From Macrostomum lignano (taxonomy: Eukaryota), in the NCBI GenBank assembly GCA_002269645.1, contig NIVC01001637.1, forward strand, positions 62,001 through 126,000: a stretch of DNA of 64,000 nucleotides. Direction: 5' to 3'. Numbering within the stretch: the stretch's first letter is position 1; every line of letters starts with the position of its first letter. Of the stretch, positions 48,140 to 59,900 are shown piece after piece. The translations under genes were made by a program, and so were the position numbers. The notes under the pieces were generated by a model. It was not told the origin of the DNA and ran no database searches. It worked only from the letters and a program-made list of their open reading frames with translations.

Positions 48140-49320
48140 TGTAGATTTGTGAAGAGAATGGTAGATTTGGGAAGACGGTAGATTTGGGAAGACGGTAGAT
48201 TTGGGAAGACGGTAGATTTGGGAAGACGGTAGATTTGGGAAGACGGTAGATTTGGGAAGACGGTAGATTTGGGAAGACGGTAGATTTGGGAAGACGGTAG
48301 ATTTGGGAAGACGGTAGATTTGGGAAGACGGTAGATTTGGGAAGACGGTAGATTTGGGAAGACGGTAGATTTGGGAAGACGGTAGATTTGGGAAGACGGT
48401 AGATTTGGGAAGACGGTAGATTTGGGAAGACGGTAGATTTGGGAAGACGGTAGATTTGGGAAGACGGTAGATTTGGGAAGACGGTAGATTTGGGAAGACG
48501 GTAGATTTGGGAAGACGGTAGATTTGGGAAGACGGTAGATTTGGGAAGACGGTAGATTTGGGAAGACGGTAGATTTGGGAAGACGGTAGATTTGGGAAGA
48601 CGGTAGATTTGGGAAGACGGTAGATTTGGGAAGACGGTAGATTTGGGAAGACGGTAGATTTGGGAAGACGGTAGATTTGGGAAGACGGTAGATTTGGGAA
48701 GACGGTAGATTTGGGAAGACGGTAGATTTGGGAAGACGGTAGATTTGGGAAGACGGTAGATTTGGGAAGACGGTAGATTTGGGAAGACGGTAGATTTGGG
48801 AAGACGGTAGATTTGGGAAGACGGTAGATTTGGGAAGACGGTAGATTTGGGAAGACGGTAGATTTGGGAAGACGGTAGATTTGGGAAGACGGTAGATTTG
48901 GGAAGACGGTAGATTTTTGAAGACGGTAGATTTGGGATGACGGTAGATTTGGGAAGACGGTAGATTTGGGAAGACGGTAGATTTGGGAAGACGGTAGATT
49001 TGGGAAGACGGTAGATTTGGGAAGACGGTAGATTTGGGAATAAAATGGTAGATTTTGGAAGAGAATGGCAGAGTTGGGAAGAGAATGGCAGGGTTGGGAA
49101 GAGAATGGCAGAGTTGGGAAGAGAATGGTAGAGTTGGGAAGAGAATGGTAGATTTGGGAATAAAATGGTAGATTTGGGCAGTGAATGGTAGAGTTGGGAA
49201 GAGAATGGCAGAGTTGGGAAGAGAATGGTAGAGTTGGGAAGAGAATGGTAGATTTGGGAATAAAATGGTAGATTTGGGCAGTGAATGGTAGAGTTGGGAA
49301 GAGAATGGCAGAGTTGGGAT
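48140..49320. repeat. 17-bp minisatellite (ACGGTAGATTTGGGAAG), about 50 almost identical copies, flanked by 20-bp variants
   Basis: Periodicity of 17; explains the 405/412-aa pseudo-ORFs. Confidence 0.97.
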
Positions 49321-49623
49321 GATAAACTCCCTCTCTTCAATCAACATCATCCTTCAGCGCAATTCAGTTTCCCACCGCTGACCCCAGTCGCCTCACAGAC
49401 CTCAATCCTTCCATCGCACAGTGTCTCCTTTCACATCCCTTTTGTGCTCAATCCGTTACCATTGACAACGAGGTGAGTCTAAATATCTTAGTACACCTTT
49501 CCCACTGTACTCTCAAATCTGAGCACATCCGCCTGTACACTTGAGCCCTCATTATAGCGTTTCGACCCCTTCTAGCGAGGTATTTTATCCCCAGCTCCCA
49601 GAGATCTAAACCTTGCCAAACTA

Positions 49624-49760
49624 ATGAGTAAAGAAATGAGCTCTCAGTCGCAACACAGCAGTCAGCAGCCAGGTCAGGCGCCGGCTCCATCGGGTCAGAA
49701 ACGCAATCACCGACCGAACCTGCCGCTGCCGGCATCGCCTCAGCCGTCTGAACCCATCGA
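49624..49760 (+). CDS. Candidate ADGB alternative first exon E (MSKEMSSQSQHSSQQPG...SEPIE)
   Basis: ATG ORF with a phase-2 donor GA/GTGCGG; near-consensus X-box GTTACCATTGACAAC at 49455-49469. Confidence 0.45.
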
Positions 49761-49834
49761 GTGCGGAATTTTGGCTTCATCAATTTTGTATACTTGCTTA
49801 TCAAATTTTTTCACCCAGCCAAAAACTAACCCTG

Positions 49835-50640
49835 TTCCAAAACTGGCGCCTTCCAGTTCTAAACTGGCGCCATCCTAATCTCAACTGGCGCCTTCCGATT
49901 CTAAACTGGCGCCATCCTAATCTAAACTGGCGCCTTCCGATTCTAAACTGGCGCCTTCCGATTCTAAACTGGCGCCATCCTAATCTAAACTGGCGCCTTC
50001 CGATTCTAAACTGGCGCCATCCTAATCAAAACTGGCGCCTTCCAGTTCTAAACTGGCGCCATCCTAATCTCAACTGGCGCCTTCCGATTCTAAACTGGCG
50101 CCATCCTAATCTAAACTGGCGCCTTCCGATTCTAAACTGGCGCCTTCCGATTCTAAACTGGCGCCATCCTAATCTAAACTGGTGCCTTCCAGTTCTAAAC
50201 TGGCGCCTTCCAATTTCAAACTGACGCCACTTTATTCTTTACTGGCGCCTTCAAATTCCAAACTGGCGCCTTCCGATTTCAAACTGGCGCCACTTTATTC
50301 TTAACTGGCGCCTTCAAATTCCAAACTGGTGCCTTCCTAATATAAACTGGCGCCTTCCTAATATACACTGGCACCTTCCTAATATAAACTGGCGCCTTCC
50401 TAATATACACTGGCACCTTCCTAATATAAACTGGCGCCTTCCAATTCTGAACTTGCGCCTTCCACTTCTAAACTGGGGCCTTTTTATTCTTAACTGGCGT
50501 CTTCCAATTCCAAACTGGCGCCTTCCTAATATAAACTGGCACCTTACAATTTTAAACTGGCGCCATCCAGTTCTAAACTGGCGCCTTCAAATTCTGAACT
50601 AGCGCTTTCCTAAAAAACGGCGCCATCTTAAACTGGCCTC
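49835..50640. repeat. 21-bp AAACTGGCGCC-core minisatellite
   Basis: Periodicity of about 21. Confidence 0.92.
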
Positions 50641-50970
50641 ATTTTTAACACGTTTTCTGCTCAATTAAAAAAGTTGCCTACTAACAAGTAGTAAGTAGCC
50701 CGAGGCCTAAAAATAATAGCCATGTCCCTCTCTGCTGCAGAACGGGGTCTGACGCTAGTAATATTTTTCGCCCGAACTCAAAAAACACCACTAAGCCCTT
50801 ACAATTATAGATAAGATAAATTAATGTCAATTGACTGACTGCTAGGTCGGTCCGTTATCTCAAAACCTTGGCTGCGACGCCTCACACGACACTGCGACTG
50901 TCTCTAATCTCGATTTACTCATTGCATTGCAACAACCTGCCGGCCAACCAAACCGATTTCTTCATTGCAG

Positions 50971-53900
50971 AGGTCAGGGCGCCAATTCGCCGCAAGAGCC
51001 GAAAAAGCCGAAATTGTTGATTTGGCCTGAGTTCTCCGAGACTGAGATTAACAATGAGAAATGGGTGAGGCATTCTATATGTTAATTTGATGGGGTCTGT
51101 AGTCTGAATTTTCTAATGTGGCGCCCTTTGAATTCCTAATTTGGCGCATTAAGATTTCTAATTTGGCGCCCTTTTAATTCCTTATTTGGCGCCCTTTGAA
51201 TTCCGAATTTGGCGCATTAAGATTCCTAATTTGGAGCTTTTTGAATTCCTAATTTGGTGCCCTTTGAATTCCTAATTTGGTGCCCTTTGAATTCCTAATT
51301 TGGTGCCCTTTGAATTCCTAATTTGGCGCCCTTTGAATTCCTGATTTGGCGTATTAAGATTCCTAATTTGGCGCCATTAAGATTCCTAATTTGGAGCTTT
51401 TTGAATTCCTAATTTGGTGCCCTTTGAATTCCTAATTTGGTGCCCTTTGAATTCCTAATTTGGTGCCCTTTGAATTCCTAATTTGGTGCCCTTTGAATTC
51501 CTAATTTGGCGCCCTTTGAATTCCTGATTTGGCGTATTAAGATTCCTAATTTGGCGCCATTAAGATTCCTAATTTGGAGCTTTTTGAATTCCTAATTTGG
51601 CGCCATTAGGATTTCTAATGTGGCGCCCTTTGAATTCCTAATTTGGTGCCCTTTGAATTCCTAATTTGGAGCCCTTTGAATTCCTAATTTGGCGCCATTA
51701 GGATTTCTAATGTGGCGCCCTTTGAATTCCTAATTTGGTGCCCTTTGAATTCCTAATTTGGTGCCCTTTGAATTCCTAATTTGGCGCCCTTTGAATTCCT
51801 AATTTGGCGCATTAAGATTTATAATTTGGCGCCCTTTTAATTCCTTATTTGGCGCCCTTTGAATTCCGAATTTGGCGCATTAAGATTTCTAATTTGGCGC
51901 CATTAAGATTCCTAATTTGGCGCCCTTTGAATTTCTTATTTTGCGCTCCTTTGAATTCCTAATTTGGCGCCCTTTGAATTCCTAATTTTGGCGCCCTTAA
52001 AATTCAAATTTAGCGCCCTTTGAATTTCTTATTTGGCGCCCTTTGAATTCCTTATTTGACGCATTAAGATTCATGATTTGGCGCCATTAGGATTCCTAAT
52101 TTGGAGTTTTTTGAATTCCTAATTTGGCGCCTTTCGAATTCTTAATCTGGCGCCCTAAAACTCCACAATTATTCATAACTTGCCCGTAATTTCTAATAGA
52201 CCGATTCATATATAGGTCTATTTTACAAATTGTATATCAATTGTGTACCATTGCAACATTCAACCCACCCCCTTAAGAGGCGATATGTTGCGAAACGAGA
52301 ATCAATTTTACAACCTGTATTCTCGTATTTCTGAAAGTTCTCCAACCGATTAAAACGTATCATATTGTTAAATCAGATAACAGGTTGGCCAGTAAGCTAG
52401 ACAGTTTAACATAGTCAGGCAGCACAGGGTTTATGCTTATAGAATTTATACTTTAACCAATATGCTCATTTCTCATAACTGTGTTTGATGTTTGGTTACA
52501 TGCAGCCTATTTACTACATTATGTATATATGCACATAATCTTGGTTTCTTGTTAGTTCTTAAGTGCGCGTGCATAGCGAGACTATAAAAAGCAGCAGGCA
52601 CGGGTTCCATGTTCTCACGGGGAATCTCACCGTACTCAATATGATCTTGAGATAGCATGGTCCTAAAGATTACCCCTGAGTCAGCGCCTCTGAGTCAGCG
52701 CCCCTAAGACAGCGCCATTAAGACAGCGCCCCTAAGACAGCGCCATTAAGACAGCGCCATTAAGACAGCACCCCTAAGACAGCGCCCCTAAGACAGCGCT
52801 TCTGAGACTGCGCTCCTGAGACAGCGCCTCTGAGACAGCGCCATTAAGACAGCGCCCCTAAGACAACGCCCCTAAGACAGCGCCATTAAGACAGCGCCCC
52901 TAAGACAACGCCTCTAAGACAGCGTCATTAAGACAGCGCCCCTAAGACAGCGTCATTAAGACAACGCCCCTAAGACAGCGTCATTAAGACAGCGCCCCTA
53001 AGACAGCGTCATTAAGACAGCGCCCCTAAGACAACGCCCCTAAGACAACGCCCCTAAGACAGCGCCATTAAGACAGCGCCCCTAAGACAACGCCCCTAAG
53101 ACAGCGCCATTAAGACAGCGCCCCTAAGACAACGCCTCTAAGACAGCGTCATTAAGACAGCGCCCCTAAGACAGCGTCATTAAGACAACGCCCCTAAGAC
53201 AGCGTCATTAAGACAGCGCCCCTAAGACAGCGTCATTAAGACAGCGCCCCTAAGACAACGCCCCTAAGACAGCGCCATTAAGACAGCGCCCCTAAGACAA
53301 CGCCCCTAAGACAGCGCCATTAAGACAGCGCCCCTAAGACAACGCCTCTAAGACAGCGTCATTAAGACAGCGCCCCTAAGACAGCGTCATTAAGACAACG
53401 CCCCTAAGACAGCGTCATTAAGACAGCGCCCCTAAGACAGCGCCCCTAAGACAGCGTCATTAAGACAACGCCCCTAAGACAGCGTCATTAAGACAGCGCC
53501 CCTAAGACAACGCCCCTAAGACAGCGTCATTAAGACAACGCCCCTAGGACAGCGTCATTAAGACAGCGCCCCTAAGACAGCGTCATTAAGACAGCGCCCC
53601 TAAGACAACGCCCCTAAGACAGCGTCATTAAGACAACGCCCCTAAGACAGTGTCATTAAGACAGCGCCCCTAAGACAGCGTCATTAAGACAGCGCCCCTA
53701 AGACAGCGCCCCTAAGACAGCGCCCCTAAGACAGCGCCCCTAAGACAGCGCCATTAAGACAGCGCCCCTAAGCCAGCGTCATTAAGACAACGCCCCTAAG
53801 ACAGGGCCCCTAAGACAGCGCCCCTAAGACAGCGCCCCTAAGACAGGGCCCCTAAGACAGCGCCCCTAAGACAACGCCCCTAAGACAGCGCCCATAAGAC

Positions 53901-56900
53901 AGCGCCCTAATACAGCGCCCCTAAGACAGCGCCCCTAAGACAACGCCCCTAAGACAGCGCCCCTAAGACAGCGCCCATAAGACAGCGCCCTAATACAGCG
54001 CCCCTAAGACAGCGCCCCTAAGACAGCGCCCCTAAGACAGCGCCCCTAAGACAGCGCCCGAAGACAGCGCCATTCATTTCAACTTCCCACCCCACAAAAA
54101 CTTATCGTCTTCTCTTTTCTCACTAATAAAACTATTTACTGCTTCAGAGATTCTTAAAGTAATTTCGATGGCAATTAGTTCCATCTGCCCGAACGCAGTG
54201 GGAAATATTGTCGCTTGTAAAACAACCAAAGAGAGTTTCTGTTCACAGCTGACTCAAAGAGAAAAATTATAAAACCTGCGGAGCATACTATTAGGCCATG
54301 GCAACTGGCCTGCAGCAAACTTGATACAACACACTCCATTTAACAAAGTCTTTGTTGCTATTCAAAACATGCCCTATCCTGCTGCCCGCTAGTCTCAATA
54401 GAAAAGAAATTGCAAGACATAGAAAGAGCCGGTTCAGATTCGGTTGCAGATTCTGGCTTTCTGCTTCTAAAAGACCAGGCGGCTCAAAAAGAGACAGAGC
54501 AGAAACCAAAAAAAATATAATTGATTGTTGCGAACACAAAAGGCAGGCAGACGGGCCGGGGCAGACAGAAGACGCGCTAGAACAGCCAGACTTCACCGGT
54601 CAATATGATTCCTAAAATGGGAGGGTGAAGGGGTTGGTTTGGTGCCTGCGTGCTCGTGTGCTTAGCAAGGACTCGGGAGGTGCGGGGGCTCACTGTCACA
54701 ATAACTCCCTTCCCAGTTCCCACCCTTAGCCTTCCCAACAATGCCCACCCTCGCGCACTCACAGCCACGTGGCTGACTCAGCCAAATCCTAGCCCTCACA
54801 GTTCCCCCCTTCAACTCCAAGCAGTTGCTTCTATATATTTATTGTTCCCAACCCGACATTTATAACAAGCTACGCGTTCTAATACTGGGACAGGGATTTC
54901 AGATAATTAGTATCTGGACTGAGACAAGCTTTTTTAGCTTTAGCAACCGACGATACCCAATATTACACCCCTGGATTACCCGATTCGGCGCCCCTAGATT
55001 ACCCAATTTGGCGCCCCTAGATGACCAATTTGGCGCCCATAGACTATCCAATTTGGCGCCCATAGACTATCCAATTTGGCGCCCATAGACTACCCAATTA
55101 GGCGCCCTAGATTAACCGAATTCGCGTCCCTAGATTAGCCGATTTGGCACCTCTAGATTGCCCAATTTAGCGCCTATGGACTATTTAACCTGGCGCCCCT
55201 AGCCTGCCCGATTTGGCGCCCGTAGATTATCTTATTTGACGCCCCTAGATTCTCCAATTTGACGCCCCTAGGTTCTTTAAATTGGCGCCCCTAGATTCTT
55301 CAATTTGGCGCCCGTAGATTATCTTATTTGGCGCCCCTAGATTCTCCAATTTGGTGCCCCTAGATTACCAAATTTGGCGCCCCTAGATTCTTCAGTCTGG
55401 CGCCCCTAGATTCTTCAATTTGGCGCCCCTAGATTCTTCAATTTGGCGCCCCTAGATTACCAAATTTGGCGCCCCTAGATTACCAAATTTGGCGCCCCTA
55501 GATTACCCATGTTGGCGCCCGTAGATTATCTAAATTGGCGCAGATTACCCAATTCGGCGCCTATAGATTATCTAATTTTGCGCCTCAAGATTGTCAATCT
55601 GGCGCCCCTTAGGAGAACGGCGCCTTTACCTATGCCTTTCAATCCAGATCACAGCACAAAATCCAAAAAAACACCAGACCCTGTCCACTCTGCTCTGACA
55701 TTTTTTTCTGACATTGGCATGTGGAGGACGGGATAACAGCAGCACGGTGTTATCGCATTAGACTGGGTTGAGGAGTGAGACCAACGTGCTGAGTCCGTCC
55801 GCCCATGCTACTGTCTTCCTCTGTTCTCCAAGCTGCCCAGTTCCTGGTATTGTGCTGTACCGGAGGCCCAGCATGCCTTTGTGACATCCAGATCTACACC
55901 TCCCCCCCCCCCTACCTCGTGCGTACACACGGGGTGTGGTGGGTTGCGGACTTGGGCTCAGGCGCGTGTTTTTTTCCTTCTACGCAGCTGCGAATCTGCA
56001 GGAGGGGGGGGGTTGAGTGAATGGGGGTGGGTGCGCAGGACAGGGAGAGCGGAGGGGGGGGGTTGGTTGGGGGCGCCGTGAGTCTCCAGTTGCTGTGTAA
56101 AGGTGAGGCCATGCATGGCAGGGCGATTGTGTTCTGGAGGCGTTGCCCCGGTTTGGAGCGCATGTTGGCTGGGGTTGGGGGGGGGGGGACCGTAGCTCCG
56201 GTCTGCCCCTCTCCGCAGCAAAACGGGTGAGCTTATAAAAGCTTAACCAGCTCGCTGGTCCGCTATCGATTCAAGTCTGGAGTCATTTGTTTGAGTCAAA
56301 GAAATACGGATTAGGCGACTGTAGAACCGAGGCTTTGAGAAGCCCCCCTGCGGGGCCAGGGGGGGTCTAGGTGGGGGCCTGCCCTCCCCCCTCTGACCCC
56401 TCATCTTTGTCAATTAATCTACTAGACAAAAAACATTTCAGGACTCAGCCCATGGCGGCAAGGCCAAGGCGCCCGAGAAGGGCAAAGCACCTGTTGCTGT
56501 AAGTGCATGCGAATTTGCTTTGTTGACTTGACTCTTTTACTCCCTTCACTCTGCTCCCTGCACTATGCTCCCTTCACTCTGCTCCCTTCACTCTACTCCC
56601 TTCACTCTGCTCCCTTCACTCTGCTCCCTTCACTCTGCTCCCTTCACTCTACTCCCTTCACTCTGCTCCCTTCATTCCGCTCCCTTCACTCTGCTCCCTT
56701 CACTCTGCTCCCTTCACTCTGCTCCCTTCACTCTGCTCCCTTCACTCTGCTCCCTTCACTCTGCTCCCTTCACTCTGCTCCCTTCACTCTGCTCCCTTCA
56801 CTCTGCTCCCTTCACTCTGCTCCCTTCACTCTGCTCCCTTCACTCTGCTCCCTTCACTCTGCTCCCTTCACTCTGCTCCCTTCACTCTGCTCCCTTCACT

Positions 56901-59900
56901 CTGCTCCCTTCACTCTGCTCCCTTCACCCTGCTCCCTTCACCCTGCTCCCTTCACTCTGCTCCCTTCACCCTGCTCCCTTCACTCTGCTCCCTTCACTCT
57001 CCCCCCTTCAATTGGCTCCCTTCTCTCTCTCTCTCTCTCTCTTCCATCTCATTGAATCTCCCTACAATCTCATCCCTTCAATCCCTAAATCTCCCCCCTC
57101 TCTCTTCAGGCCGCTCCTCAATACTTTGACGACCCGGACGGCCCCCTGCCGCTGCCCAGCTCGCTGCGGCCAGAGAAATGGAAACGACCCCAGGAATACT
57201 TCGGCGAAGGCCGGCCAGTCGTGGTGGTGGACGGCGAGAACAATGGCTACTTCGGATTCGATCTGATGGGCGCTAATGAGCACATCCTGCACTGCGAGGT
57301 GAGCGCGCGGTTAACTTGAGACTTAGGGGAGGTTGGGGCGATAGCTTAATGAGAAAGCTTCAATTCAAACGCAAACAAAGGAGGATGGGGTTGCGCACAC
57401 CTGTATTCTGTGGTATGACGTCATCACATCTCTTATAACCGGATTTCTTGCATACGTCGCCTTGAAATAGAATACCCTATATTCGTATATTGAATATGCT
57501 AATAAAGTGAAGTTTGCAAAGCCTTTAGAGCCCGACTCTCAAGTCAGCTTGCCGCTGCGGTTTCTTTTGCATAGAGAAAGCCGTGAATTCAGAAAGGTAG
57601 AGGGGGGGGGGGTGGTTCGTTACCTGAGCTGCCGGAAGTTCCAAGGTAAGGCAAAGGGTTGGCCTTAGTGTTTTTTTTCTAAGCTCTCTCTCTCTTTTTT
57701 CTCGCTTTTAAAAGGGAATGTTTACTGAGGCGCAGTTTGTAGCGAGACTTGGCCCCAGCTCGGGGTCGTTGGGTTGACTTTATTTTTGTTAATTATCTCG
57801 CTTTAGTTGAGCTTTCTTAGAAGAGAGATCTGGCTACTCTGAGATTGGACTGCTGTAGCAATTTTTAAGTGGCAGAGTTTTTTAACTCAAATTTTAGTCA
57901 CCGGAACTGACCCTGCCTCACTGACTCTTTTCATCGATACACTCCCTTCACTCTCCTCCCTTCACTCTCATCCCTTCATTCTCATCCCTTCATTCTCATC
58001 CCTTCATTCTCATCCCTTCACTCTCATCCCTTCATTCTAATCCCTTCACTCTCATCCCTTCACTCTCATCCCTTCACTCTCCTCCCTTCACTTTCCTCCC
58101 TTCACTATCATCCCTTGACTCTCCTCCCTTCACTTTCCTCCCTTCACTTTCCTCCCTTCACTCTCATCCCTTGACTCTCCTCCCTTCACTTTCCTCCCTT
58201 CACTCTCATCCCTTCACTCTCCTCCCTTCACTTTCCTCCCTTCACTCTCATCCCTTCACTCTCATCCCTTCACTCTCCTCCCTTCACTTTCCTCCCTTCA
58301 CTCTCATCCCTTGACTCTCCTCCCTTCACTTTCCTCCCTTCACTCTCATCCCTTCATTCTCATCCCTTGACTCTCCTCCCTTCACTCTCATCCCTTCACT
58401 CTCATCCCTTGACTCTCCTCCCTTGACTCTCCTCCCTTCACTCTCCTCCCTTCACTCTCCTCCCTTCACTCTCCTCCCTTCACTCTCCTCCCTTCACTCT
58501 GCTCCCTTCACTCTACTCCCTTCACTCTCATCCCTTCACTCTCATCCCTTCACTCTCATCCTTTCATTCTCATCCCTTCACTCTCATCCCTTCACTCTCA
58601 TCACTTCATTACCCTCCCTTCACTCTCCTCCCTTCACTCTTATTCCTCCACTCTCATCCCTTCACTCTCATCCCTTCACCCCTATAAATTCACTCTCATC
58701 CCTTCACCCCTATAAATTCACTCTCATCCTTTCATTCTCATCCCTTCACTCTCATCCCTTCACTCTCATCCCTTCACTCCTATCAATTCACTCTCTTTCT
58801 TCCCTTTTTTCTCTTTTCACATCTCTTCGCTAAATTCTCCCTATATTCTCCTAGGAAGGGGAATCACACACCAATAGTGCAGTCCCAACCCTCCCTACAA
58901 AATCACTGAAACCAACGTCACGCCCGCAGCTGGTCCGGTGGATCATCACCCAGGTGGACGCTCTGTTCAAGATGCACGCCAGCAAAGCCACGGGCACGGA
59001 GCCAGCGGAGGTGCTGGTGTCACCGGACGGCATGGTGTACAGCTTCCGTCCGTGGGAGCACATCTATGCCATCAACAAAGTGGTCAAAGGTCCGAATATC
59101 CCAGCTTTCAATCCGTATGGAAAATATGTTGTGCGACTGTTCTGGCTAGTAAGTGCATGCATGTATTTAAAATTTTCTGTGCGTTTTATTCTGTGCTACT
59201 TATAGTAGAGTAGTTGAAATTTGTTGAGTTTTTTCATATTTTGCCGGGAGATTCATTAAAAGATTTTAAAATCTACAGAGCCAAGATTTCCAAATTTGGC
59301 GCCCTCTGGACTAACCAATTTGGCGCCCCTAGATGATCAAATTTAGCGCACCTACGCTCGTAGATCACCCAATTGGGCGCCTGTAGATTACCCAATTTAC
59401 GCTCGTAGTTCCCCTAGATTACCCAATTGGGCGCCTGTAGATTACCCAATTAAGTTCACCTAGATTACCCAATTAGGCACCCCTAGATTACTCAATTTGG
59501 CGCCCATACATTACCAAATTTGGTGCCCCTAGATTACTCAATTTGATGTCCCTGGATTACCCAATTTGGCGCCCCTAGATTACTCAATTTGGCGCCCCCG
59601 ATTATCCAATTTGGCGCCCCTAGAATACCAAATTTGGTGCCCCTAGAATACCCAATTTGGCGCCTCTAGATTACTCAATTTGGCGCCCTCGATTACCCAA
59701 TTTGGCGCCCTCGATTACCCAATCTGGCGCCCCTACATTACCTAATTTGGCACCACTAGATTCAATTTCGCGCTCCCAGATTCTTAAATTCCCTAATTTG
59801 GTTGGTTGAAATTTAAGTACAAAATCCCATCGTCATTTATACAAAAATACCAAATGAAATTTTTGCGCAGGGCCAATGGCGCAAGATCTACGTCGATGAC

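Noticed and set aside
48112-49350. 412-aa and 405-aa minus-strand ORFs
   Set aside because: They are 17-bp repeat read-throughs (17-aa period = 3 units).
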